A stretch of DNA of 64,000 nt from Balanoglossus misakiensis (Eukaryota > Animalia > Hemichordata), in the NCBI GenBank assembly GCA_040954595.2, contig CM082591.2, positions 4,325,957-4,389,956 on the forward strand, given 5' to 3'. Positions 23,601-37,114 of the stretch are shown here, one piece after another. The position numbers were made by a program, and so were the translations under genes. The notes beneath the pieces are model-generated. The model was not told where the DNA came from. It did not search any database and was given only the letters and a program-made list of their open reading frames with translations. Position 1 is the stretch's first letter. Every line of letters begins with the position of its first letter.

Positions 23601-26600
23601 TATTATCGGTATTTGAAGTAATTTGTCAACTGGCTGGCTGGTATGTCTGCTATGCATGTGATTCATGTACGAGTTAAAATTATGCAATATGGCTGTGTTT
23701 ATCGCTTGTAAATTCGCCTGGTATTTGATTTTCAAATGGTTGCAGTACAGTACATGTAATCATAGACTTAGAATGAAATACTGCCTGTGATGTGATTGAC
23801 ACATGTATGCGTATTTATTCGCTGTCTAGACTTTTGAAAATAACATACGTCGAAAATGCAGGGAAAGTTTCACCTGAGTACGTCTGTTCGAAAGATTAAC
23901 AAACACTGCAGCTATCAGGGTTTTTACGAGCCTCTTTAAAAAGGAACACTAACCAGAAACAAGTATTGGGATTTAAAACGTTTAATGTCTCTCTTGTATC
24001 CCCCCGGTTGAATAGAGAAATACCCAGGACAAGGTTTGTCTGCGCCTAATGAAATTAGGAGAAAGTTAAGCGTGCCCTAACTGTGGCCTGATGTGATTAT
24101 GAGCGAAATGGGAGTGAGCTAGGGGGTATTAGACGTGGTTGAAAGTGAAGCGTTCGGGCTCGGTCCTGTGATCAGATCAGACACGCGCTGTAACACAGTC
24201 AACAGAGGATACTACATAGACTGTGTAAATTCAGCGTTTCCTGGTCGGCCCTGCATAGAAAGTAACGACCGTATACAAGCGAGAAGTGTACATAAAAAAT
24301 AGAAATACTTAAAAACAACAACACATCTATCCTGTTAAATTATGCGTGGAACTGCACGGTGACCTGCTGTGAATATTTAAGGTAGTGTAAAATTAAGCGT
24401 ATATATGTGTATGTATCTGTCTGTGTGTGTGTGTGTGTGTGTGTCTCAGTGTGTGTGTGTATAATATATGTGGACCGACGTGTTTTATATTCGTATACAA
24501 TGGATGCTCGTTTACATGCAAGGACACACATCAACAGTTCTCTACTGGGCTTCATCACCTCTTTATGCCCCGCTCCGTAACCGTTGTTACGGTAATCGTT
24601 CTTTGTCACACGGCAAATTGTTTGTGAAAAGTCCGTCCAGCTATTAACCCAATCCAAATCTCTTGTCAACAACATCAATGTTTATAAAGAATTAATTTAC
24701 TATGTTAAAATTTAAAATAAAATTTTGATTCGTAACAGTTGCAGATTTGTGCACTGAATGTGAAAACACAAACTGATTAATTTTTGTAAAAATAGATATT
24801 TCAATATGTTTAAATTGGAATCACAGGATAGTCAATGCATTCACATAGAACTACATGTACATATATCTGTAAAATAGTAATTGTGATGCGTATATATGTA
24901 CATGAAGTTATGTATGTATAGGCATCATATTGTGTTTAAACATGCAAGGACATATAAAATCGCATTTTATGGTGGTTCTGGATTTAGCATGAAAATCTCT
25001 CATTTTGCTCCCATTCCTCAAATTAAATTAATTGTAGTAATTTTCTCTCACATGTGGATTTTATATAAAACATTTGTCAGGCGCTGAGTTTCAGATATGC
25101 CAGTATCAGATGTGAAACCATCAGGGAGCTAGAGTACTATAATTCGTTAGGTAATAATTTCATACCACATTGATTTCATTTTCATGCAAATATTGATTGC
25201 GGAGGTCAGTTTCGTAAGAGGTTTTGGTAACACGAATGTTGAGAGGCATTTTAGAGTCCAAAACGTGTTCTGAATTCGTTCGTCTGACCTAGATAATCTA
25301 AGGTTAGCTTTGATTCATAATGTCCGTGTGACGCGTTCATGTGATAGTGACTAGTGCAGTGTTATGGTGCTGTCTGTCATTTATGCGTTGATATCCTGTG
25401 CTTGCTTTGTATTGAAATTCACGCGAGATGTTAATGTTGAATTCTTTACGACACAGGTCAGATAGGTACCATACTCTGCCTAAGCATAGATAGACCTAAG
25501 TAGAGGTCTTACTCTTTAGAAGTCGACCTGTATGCAAATGTGCTACGGTTCTGTAGGACAATTAACGTTCACTTTGTTATATGTGGCATGACTGTTGTAC
25601 AACGGTTCCATTCATGACAATTATTGTCCGTACGCATCATGTATGTACATTGTACATGTATACTGTTAGAAGTTTCAGCCAAAAGCGGGTAGCTCTTTAG
25701 AGAGATAAACCAGTTTTTTCAGTTTCCTGAAACCCATATGGTTTTTGTTGTGGGTGCATGCATACAAACATGTAGACGTACATAAAATGTCTGGTAGATA
25801 TTACTTGGGAATTTTTAAGGTTGAGAAAAACGATTATTACTAGTGCTAGGTCTAAGGTTGCAGCTTCATGTAGTGTTAGATGCTGTGTTACTTTCGTTAC
25901 GTGTACACGCGCTGAGCTCTTAAAACCACTGGTGTGGCGTGACTTTACAATAAATGGGAAATGGTGGTTGCAGGGTCAGAAAGTCAATCCTGTAACTGGC
26001 TGTTGTATGGTCGAAAAACATAGACTTTATCCAGCCAGCCATATAGTATCTATGCGTATTTTGTCCGGACAAAATACGCATAGATACTAGGCTAGTACAC
26101 ACACTACCAATGCTTAGTGCTATAAGTCGTGACTGACTTCGTGGGGGGTTGAGGGAGAATGACATTTTTCAAGGGCAATGTCGGCAGGCCATACATGTGC
26201 ATGATACACACTGCCCATGGTCAAGGACACCATCTCATTGACTGTTCTTTGTCCGACGTGTTCACGACTCCACAAATGCTCGCATTGCTGTTCAAACATG
26301 AAGGTTTCTAGTGTCATATTAAAACAGTAATGCATAGTTGCAATATGTACATGTATAGTTATATGCTGTATAAAAGGAAATGTTAGGTTCATATATATCC
26401 TTAACCCTTTCACCCCCATTTCTTAGTGTAAAAGTCCAATTTACCATAGAATCAATGAGTTTTGGGCCAAGTTTCCAGGGGAAATTTGGAATTCGTGCGT
26501 GCCTCGGTACAAACCAAACCATGTGTGAAAAACGGCAATAGAAATATACGTATTCATATGATCCACATGTACTGTATCACTGTCACTAATCTGCATTATT

Positions 26601-29600
26601 CTGTTTTCCATATAGAACACTGCAGTAGTCTGTGTGCAACATTTTATTCTGGAGTAGGCCTATTGACTGAACTTGACATGACTGCACCGGAGAAGTCTAG
26701 ACAAATACATGAGCTACAATAATTAAGCCAGCCAGCCAGTTAGAATTCAGATCTATAATTTTCCATCTAGTTTAACGCTCCACTGCATCTATTGTGTAGG
26801 AAGTGTGAAAGTGTCGGTTTTATTAACTTCAGTCAAACGTACAACCTACATAGTGTGCTGTAGTGGGTCAGTGTGCCCTCTAACAAACATATAATTTTAA
26901 AAAGCTTTTTTTATTTTCCTGTGCCATACATGTACACTGCAAATCTGTGATTGGCTAGATCTCAAATTGCCATGGTAACTGTAGATAATTTGCAAAGGTG
27001 ACTGTATTCCTTTAATACATGTATGATACAAATGAAAATTTACTAAACTATCGTGTTGCATCTACCAATATGTATATGATACATGTACATTCTTCTGTCA
27101 ATCATATCTGCCCTGCGTCCCGACCATACAAACATTGACATAGTGGAGTATCCACTCCAACCCCTAATGCACACGCCAACAATGGTGAAATCAATAACTT
27201 TCAAGTGTAGCGTTTAGATTTGCAAGTCTTGCATGCTTTGTACGTTCAACAAAAGCCAGAATGTAAACCAGTGTATGTAAGTTGCAAGTTGTATTTGTTT
27301 AGCGGTGTGTGCATTGACTTCTAGTTCTGTTTGGAAATGATGTACGCGTAAGAACTGCATAGTGTATCAATATCCTACATGTATATGGAACAAGTACCAG
27401 TGCTGTTCATTTATTTCCAGTTTTTGGATGTACATAATTAAAATAAAATCATAATTATAATGTATTTAAATTTACATTTTATTAATATTATTATGTTGTT
27501 GATTCCAGAATGGCAGTATTGGATCACGCATGCTCACGTGAACACACACCCACACCCCCCCCCCAAACACACACACACACACACACACACACAGTGACAC
27601 ACACACATACCCCAGTAAGCCAGCCACTGTTCATCATTGCATTCTAACATCGCATCTGACAGTTATTAGGTAAAAAATGAAGCGAAAGAATCGAATTTCT
27701 GCAGGCACTATTCATCATTGCTTCAGATATGGTAATAACCGCCGGTATTGATTTACTATCAAATGCAATGATGTTGATTTATTCATGCCTGCCATTTTTC
27801 GCTAGGACTTCTTCCAGGAATGATGAAATATTCAACGCATGTGGGTGTATGGCTTCATCGCTTGCAGGAGTTAAATGTGATTTGCTGTTGCCATGGAAAC
27901 TAGCCACACCCTCTGCCTTCATCAGAACAGATTTGGTCTAGCAAAAAAATAAAAAATAGATTTCATACCCTGAGTTTCTCTTGCACACAGAATATTTTGG
28001 TTTAAGCTCTGCATCTATTCTAGTTTCATACAATGTTTGACTTGTATTATTTGGCTAGGAACGCGTTGCTTCATTAATTAACCATGTCTTGCAAGATCTT
28101 ACATTACAATGAGTGCTTTTGAAAAATACATGCATTAATTCCCCCAAGCATATATTAAATCATGACAACAAAACAACTTCAGGCAAAATGTAGAAATGAG
28201 ATCCATCCAAAAATTATCAATTTGTCCATTTTTTTTCTTCATTAAAATGCAGTCGCATTGTCCATTGACAGCCATGTGTAATTGGAATTCTTGGTTGATT
28301 GATAAGGCAGTGCATAAATGTACAGTTTCCATGGCTACTAATGAGAATTTCTAAGCAGAAGGTAGCGATACGGATCACTTTATTTTGTCATGGCGACTTA
28401 AAATCATTTGTGCTTTTGATATTATTTCTCAGTTGTTCCCCTCCGAGGCTCAAGATGAATGTATTTGCGTGACTGTTGTCATTCTGAATAAAAGAAGAAT
28501 CAATCTGCTGTAGCCCTAGATAGTGTTCCTCGGAATGGTAATTACGCGAAGTTGACAATCTGCTGTCATAGATACAATTTGTATATACTTTCATGGCTCT
28601 GCTGTGACTCTCAAAACAGTCTAGTACAGTCTCAGTGTTTGAAACTACATGTACATTTAGCTCTGCCATAGGTTTTTACTCCCAAAGTCATTCTATGATA
28701 TCATAGTCATAAAGAATGAGAAAAGTTTACATGCACAGTGAGTTAAAAACTGAAAATATGATCTTCCAGTTTATATAAAGAAAAACCAGCAGATCTTTGC
28801 AGTATTTGGATGATAACAGTGTTCGAAATTCATAGGAAATATCAACCAGTCACCAGGACTGGCAACTTCAAAAAGTTGCAAGTCCTGCCAAAAACTTACC
28901 AGTCCTGATATTATGCCTTACAATTAAATGTAATCAAATACAACTGAGAAGCTATTACCTTATTTGTGAACAATTGAAGATGGGATGGAATCATCTTTCT
29001 CTTTACATTACTTTGATTTGATAATTTTCAAACTTTTACATCATTGTTTCTTTTATTTGCAATACATGAACTGGGGAAAGTCTAAAAGATGCCATGATAC
29101 CACTGGTTAACTCCCACGCTAAATTCAACCTGTCTGTCGGACTGGTAACATTTTATTTTTACCAGTCCTACAGAAAAACAACCAGTCTCGGACTGTCGGA
29201 CAGGCTTTATTTCGTACACTGATGATAAGAATGGAAGCTATGCACTATCACAAGTGTATATATTTAACCTTTCCACCCCTGTTTCCGTCTGTAGAACTTG
29301 AACTTTCCCATAGAAAACCGTCATGAATTTGGACCAAACCATTGTGGTAAAAGGGGTATGTATATATCACCCACCCAATAAGAATAGACCTTTTGTGTGA
29401 AAGTCTGCCTACCCTTAGGGAAATCGAATTTAAGCGTAGGTTACGAGAGCTGTTATCTACGGGCCACAAAAGTGATTAAATTTGTTAAAGCTATACGCGG
29501 TGCACCCAATCGATCTGATACAGAGACTTCTGAAAGAGAAGGATGGCTACGTCACTAATTTGGAGAGCCATCTTCCGATAGATGCGATATGTTATCTTTC

Positions 29601-32600
29601 AAAGCAGTAACATCTAGTAGATGGTGCTGATGAATACTGGCATTTCTTGGTATGCCTCTGATAACGTGTATAGTCAGTCGCGAATCTTCTGCTTAGCCAA
29701 ATCGGATTAGATTTTTTTCTATTGAAGTAGATATATTGTGCGCGTACCCCGTTTCCTGAGTCCAGCGGTGAAATTTATAAATTGAATAGTGATGGAAATA
29801 TACTTGACCTCTCCTCTTTTATGAATTCCCTTGCTTTGTATTTTTTTGTGAAAGGGAAGATGAGTTGTGTTCTCAGTGGATGATATAAGTTTTAGTGTAA
29901 CCCTTGGAAGGCTCAGCCTTGTGTCTTTCAACCCATTCACCACCGTGGTTCAGTCCAAACCCATTGTTTTCTATGGTAAGGTTGGATCTCTGAAGTAGGA
30001 ACTGGGGGTGAAAGGGTTAAAACGATTTTCGTGATTTTAACATTAAATTAAATTTTAATCATTATAATTGCTTGTACTGAGGTTACACTTGTTACTTTAA
30101 CATTTTAAAAAGTAATACATTAATATTTTAATATCAGAAAAACAGTATTTTCCCCTGGCCTTTCGGTTCAGTTCATAGAAAAGGTCGCTTGCACCCACAC
30201 TGAGAACCAGAACTGTTAATCATTCAGATACGATCAAACCTGGACTGATAATTAGTGTTTTATTATAGATACTAAAGTTTTAATGATCTTTTATGATCTA
30301 AATGATTTTCTATTTATCCTCGTGCGTGGTGCACGAGACTCGTATAAGATTTCCAGCATATTTAGATGGTGATTATACTAATTAATGTCAAAGCTGCTCA
30401 TTAAAAGTGAAGCTGTATGGAGTATCATGGCCCCTGGTAAAGCCCAGTTCCTGCTTTATCATTGCGCACGTGTTACCATCATGTGTTTATAAAAACAACT
30501 TGGTTATAATCTAAAATTAGATGTTTCGAAGGACAAATTTAATTCTGGTTTGTTTATTCATATTGAAATTTGAATGTATACTGGTAATATGCCAAGAGTC
30601 TTTCTTCTGAACAAAAACACTGTCCCTTCAGTGAATAAATTGGTTTTTTTTATAAAATTGATACTATATTGATTCAACAAACTAATACGATGGACTCAGA
30701 AATATGGACGTGAATATCAGATTTTTTTATTATTCTGAGTAGGCCACTGCAGGAAAAATCTTTTGGTCACATGAATAACCTGAGCAAGCAAATGTCTACT
30801 ACAACTGCTTGTTCTAACACCAGAAAAAAATGAATTGATAATTGAGGTGACTCGTCCAATGTTAGGGAATACTTGAATGTATCCATGCACAAATTGATAC
30901 ACGGACCATTAATAATGTCAGTATGCTTGTAGTTAATTAAAATCTAAGGTACATGCATTATGGACATATACACATACCATATGTTAGCATTTGATGTCAG
31001 CTAGGTCATGTATGTTATGTTGCTGCTTTTGCATAAATGCTGCATAGTGCACGTAAACCTGCAGACCAGATTAGTAATAGTATTTGTTGACACGATCATG
31101 TCTGTTTATGGTTTGAAATCCATTATGTACATGTACCGAAATTAGGCAAGCGTTTTTCACACAACCACAGAATGCTTCGGTTACTGTGCCAATGCTAATA
31201 CATGTATACCCATGGATGTATGTCTATGAGTACACTTGCGTGCTCAAATCCATCTGCCATATTGGAACTCTACATCCTAATTAGCATACATATTTAACCA
31301 TGCGTGCATTACAGAAATGTACTAATCTCTTGACTGACAGAGTTGTATTATATATTGTCAAATTTCTTACTGTACAATATATTGACATGGGATGTATTGA
31401 TACGAAACATTCAATAAATGTTGTGCATTTTTTTCTATACGCTGCTTTTGGTAAATTACGATTTAAGACAAAATATTAATTTTCTACCGGTTCATTTCCC
31501 CTTGCATAACCCACACACAGTGAAATTAGTATACAAAGTTAATGTAATTTGAAACATTTTGAATAAACCATTATTATGATTTCCATGTTGTGTGCTTTGG
31601 TGCATTGTTGTGTAATTAACTTCTACAAAATTCGTTGAACTGTTGAATATTATGTTGCGTTCAATTGAGAAATTTGCTTTCTCAGTAAAACTATGCATAT
31701 TTTCAAATGCTGTGTTAATTTGAATTCATTATGTATTATTTAGAGAAGATGTGTTTGAATATAATTGCATGACATTATATCTTGCATAGCAGTTGGGACA
31801 TATCAATTTCCAATGTATGCGACTTCAATTTGTTTGATTAATTAGTTATCATCGCTGTTCTCTCAAGTGATTCCAACTATTCATGCATTCATCTACATGT
31901 ACTTTCGTGTAATTAGTTCTAATGCCTATGGTGTTGTCCTGTCAAAATGTTTGTTTTGCTTTGGATGTAAAATTACAACTGAGTTCAACCAAATGGCAAC
32001 AGGGGGGATACACGAAATGTAATCTTATTTGGTACACGTACTTTCACTTTGTGAGAAGTAGGAAGTATCACTTTGTTGCCACATGGTGGATTTCAGTTGT
32101 ACACTGTCTCCTACATATACCTGTTTTGTATCTTCTCATGCATTACAATATGTAGACTGTTGAACTTTGTGATACATGTCACTTTCAACCGTTATTTTAT
32201 TTGACGCACAGTTGTTACTGCTGCTGCTCTAGATTCTGTGAACTTTCAACCCCCCTATGTTCTGTTTTGTTTCATGACATGCATAACTAGCCACCTATGT
32301 TTTGTCTGTCAGTCTGTCTTTCTTGTCTGTCAGTCTTGACCTTTCACCTTACTGACCTTTCACCTTACTGACCTTTCACCTTACTAATACTGCTACCTTA
32401 GAATATATATGTTATTTAATAAGCATCTATCAGCATGAACATAAAACAATACAGCTTATGATAAAAATCTGCTCTCCCCGTTGACAAAGCCTCAGCTCAC
32501 CGAAAATAAACATCTACAGAACATTAAAAACAACAGCTGCTGTTAAAAAGCATTTATCAAATTGACTGCATCTCAGCTGGTACATCGCAAGGGGTATTAT

Positions 32601-35600
32601 AGTTTATGCAGCGTCATAATAATCTGTCATGCTGTAGTAACCTCGTAACCATATTACTGACATTTGCATTATTCATTATTCTCTCCCATTCTTTTTGGCT
32701 GCTTCCCTGGATGTTGGTCTGCGTCTCACACAATCCATCCATGTACATGTAACCACACCTCTCCACCTACCTGGTATATATATATAAAAAAACAAAATCA
32801 CGTCCACCGTTTGTCAACGCATGCCATCCCTGCCTCGTACCTCACACAAACACAGAGCGGAAAATACAGTGGTTACCACATCCTGTCACCAGGTCAGTTG
32901 CGACATTTATTCAAAAAATTCAGTGTGATGTTTTGTGTGTGTTAAATGTGCTTGCTTTTCATTAGTTAAAGGGACATTAGCTGTAACTTTTGGCTTTATT
33001 TTCAGTATTTTTGTTCTGCGTACCAAATGCAATTTCTTGTTCTACTCGAAACAGTATGCTAATATACCCAGTATTCCACTTGTCAACATAGCCTGTATGT
33101 GTTTAACAACCATTGTTATTGTTGACAAATGAATTCTAGTCTAGACTTGAATTCAAAGTTTGCACAGTCAAGTCAATGCTGACTATACACATAGCTGGAT
33201 ACTGGGCATTTCATCATGCTTCTGAACTTTGCAATGAAACTGCAGTAGATACACAAAACGAAAATACTGAAAATACAGTGAAAAGTTACAGTTAATGGAG
33301 AACTGTAACTGCCTTCTATAGCCAGCACCTATCCCTTTGTTACCTTATGTGTTGCACTGTCATACATGTGTTTTGCTGTGATGTCTCCAGCTCATGCCAA
33401 TTGTCAATGTATTCATTGTTTCAATATGTGTCTGTTGTAGTACCCTGTACCATGGCATTAATAAGGGGGATATTTCCCCCTTTGCCAGGATTTTTCGGGG
33501 AGATTCCACTCTGGCAAAGGGGGGAATGCAATACCTCTAACATGTGATTGTGAGTGACATCATTTTAAGGGGTACCAGTCCCCCCCTTGACAAATTGCTA
33601 AGGGGTGCCAACATGTAACGGGGTGAATCCCCCCCCCCCCCCCCCTCTAGATTAAACACTGGAATATTCCTTCATTGCCTGTTTGAGTCATCCGAATTTC
33701 AGTCTCCTGTCAGAAAGAAAGGCAAGTGGGTTGAAAATTGAATTGGATTCATTTTACCTGTCCTCTGAATCGGCAACGGAAATCTGCTCAGAATTGCATT
33801 TAGCGAATCAGATTGAGTCATTCATCGCAATGAAAATCCCTTCAGCTGTGCACATATTTCATCGTTTCTTGTGCAAATGTTAGAATTGCAGGTTGGGCAA
33901 AGAGCGTACGTGATGTCGAATTGCGATAATTAGATTTATTTTTATATTGCACATGTCGTTAAAGGTGGAACATGGCTTCCGGACAGATTTCCAGAAAAAG
34001 AAGGGCCTTTGAGAATCTTAAAGATGTACGGTCACTTATGTAAATTCAGCTACAGTTACCATGGCAAATTGAGATCTAGCCAATCACAGGTTTTCAGTTG
34101 GTGGCACACACGAAAAAAAAAAAGAGTGCTACTGTATGTTCTTGAGAACACTCAAATATGCCATTTTGCCATTTATGGAGATATATAATACAGAGACTTG
34201 AAAGCGAAGAAGTTATGAGTGATAGCTACTCTGCAGGGCCAGGAATAACAATGCATTTTTCGCAGTTGACTTTTGGTGCAGGGCACTGCAAATTGCCGTA
34301 ACCATGGAGATATAGGGAAATGAGCAATGGTATTTAATTCAATTCCTAATCATGCGTACTGGTACATGTGCAATTTAACTGCCCACCATCAATAATGGTG
34401 ATTTATGGCTTTGTGAAGGAAAAAAGGGTCGTGCCTCGTGCAGATGATTGTTTTCAAGGTTATAGTCCAAGTTCACGCAGAGTTTTGGACTGTAATATCT
34501 CCAATATGTGAGTGACATCATCATTTTAAGGTACATGTAGCTTGCATCAACATTTAACGAAAGTTGAAGTTATAGTAACCTTTTCCCGTGTCATCGAAAA
34601 GCTTCCTGAAAAACATTTCCCTTGAAATGGAAAATAGATAATGGATTTATTGTGATCAATCCCTTGGGTATATTGTTTTAATTTAGGCCGTAATTCATCA
34701 AGATATATTGGTAATATGATCTCATCAATCATTGCTTATCAAACAAAAATTGTAACTTGACACTGTAGGTTTTAATGAGGACATGGACAAGATACAAGTT
34801 ATGATTAGTGAAGTAACATTTGCAAGATTAAAAAAATGAAATCAGAGATTTTAGAAACCATTCACGGACAATTATGGCCTTTCCAAATATCATAAACTTA
34901 TGTCTTTAATATCGCAAGAAATTAATTTATCTTCATGCTGGTTTTGTTGGGTGGATGGAAATGAAAGATGTTGTGCAGTAGCCATGGGCTCGAATCGAGC
35001 CGTCTTTGAAATCAGATTTCCAGTTTCGCTGACTTCAGAAAGCAGTGTCCCCCTGCCAGCGCTGTAAATTGAGTCTGTTCCGCGAAGAGCTGAATTCATA
35101 TCGTGTGCATTAGTTTTGTACCGATGGGTGTCGTAAATTGATAATATTTCTGAGAAAGCGGTAAATAGAGAGTGAAAACATCGCATGTTTGATGTGATAT
35201 CGCGCAGAGACTGCAAAGATGCCGCCTTGTAGTTGCCCTCCAGCGATGGACAGCATTCCCCAAGTCATGTTTGAAATTGTCGTCTCGAAGATTGCGTTGT
35301 GTGCATGTACATGTCTGCTGCAGAGGGCGGCGTCACCTATAAGAAACTCTAAGAAACTCCAAGTGGGAGATAAGAAATTGCTTCAGATAAGAAGTTGCGT
35401 TATTGTTACACAACAATGCATTAAATCTAAAAACACAAAGAATAAAAGTAGAATGAGCTCGACGACCTAGAGCGAAACTGATAAAGAAATGTTGCAGGGT
35501 AAAATAATTCTAAAAATATAAATGTGAAAAGCTAGATTGATCGAAAGTATTGAAATCAGTGGTATATACATGAAACTGCCGTAGGGAATCAGAAGTACGA

Positions 35601-37081
35601 ATCTGGGTGCTGGTACGCTGTCTGTGATTGGTCTGTATTCATACGCATGAAGATTAAGTGACGTATTCTGCGAATAGAATGGGTTGCCTCATTTTGTGGA
35701 GGAATTGTGTGCAAGCTGAAGTCACTTTGTGTGCATGCTGGTCAGGTCTTGCACATACCTGGATCATTGTCCAGGGCTGCAGTTTTCAGTGTTGAAAATT
35801 GCATGCAATCTTATAAGTTATATATAACTGCATGTCTGATATAAGATGGAAAAACAAGAATTTGTAAAGCCACTGATAATTTTCTTGGCTGGCAGTTTTC
35901 TTTAAAGGGACATTAGCTGTATCTTTTGAGCTTTATTTTCAGTATTTTTGTTCTGTGTACCAAATGCAACTTCTTGTTTCCTCACCCACCTCGGTAGCAA
36001 AAATCTATTTAAGGTAGGGAGAATTGTGCCATTTCGTGTGGGTTTTCAGTGGAGATCATTTCGTATGCCATTGATTTTCTCGATACCATCGAAAGTGATA
36101 GGTATCACGTGTCATCAATCTGTACTGTATTACATGCATTGACATAGCAAATATGTGAACATCCTCACGTTGAGAGATTTGCACTTTTTTGACGATATTC
36201 CCAGCTTAATAGGGCTGCCTCTCGGGCATATAGAGTTGACGGGGGGAAAATATCAGGAAATGGATTTTTGATGAGCGGAGATAAATTGTAAAAGGTCACC
36301 TTGTCTGTATGCTTGATGCAATTTGTCAGCCGGTGTCTGTTGTGATTGACTCAACTTGTTGACATTTTAGAGTTGTTTCACCTTTCTTGTTGCGAGGGAT
36401 CTGCAAGCTAAAGGAAGTTGTCAACTCTGTCAGTCCTTTTTCGCACGTTGAAACTTGAACGAGCAAGTACAATCTTAAAGTGAAGGGGTCGTCGTGCTGT
36501 GTTTGTTTGTTCATAAACATTCATCCACAAATCCCTGGAATTAGATAATTTTTAGAATGAACGAAGCAGCCAACCGTAGCGTAGACTGGGCATGACAGCT
36601 AGCAACTGAAGATCCTAGTAGGTCGTGGCGACTGCAGTGGGGTTTGCGCTGGTATGGGAGGGACATATCCTCATCAAGGGGGGACACCCACGCGGCGCGA
36701 CGACCCCCTTCCCTTCAACTGAAGATTCGCATTCGCAGGGCAGTGTTCAGGAGTGTATCCATGCACTCCCCTACCCATGTGCAAGACAGGCAGCCAGAAA
36801 GCCTCGGTCTATATTCCAGAACAGGCTGCCAGAAAGCCTCGGTCTATATTCCAGAACAGGCAGCCAGAAAGCCTCGGTCTATATTCCAGACAACGTGTCC
36901 CTAGTATCATTCGAGTTTCCCAATTCACGCGCCATCCAAGCCATGTACTTTTTGGTGGCTGTATCCATTCCCCACCACCACTTATTACATTTCCTTTTCC
37001 CCCCGAGTGCCACTCTCCTACCCCCCTCTTCAGCGTCCAATCGAATTACTCGCTGCTCGGTGCGGTAAATTAACTTGATTA

Positions 37082-37114
<33 letters not shown>

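Noticed and set aside
21000-32600. Nested genes among the many 60-110 aa ORFs in OSBPL8 intron 1
   Set aside because: No recognisable domains, no consistent exon chains and no codon bias seen; small nested or non-coding genes cannot be excluded by eye.
36786-36890. 35-bp repeats as a CRISPR array
   Set aside because: No spacers, no cas genes, eukaryotic intron; it is a plain tandem repeat.
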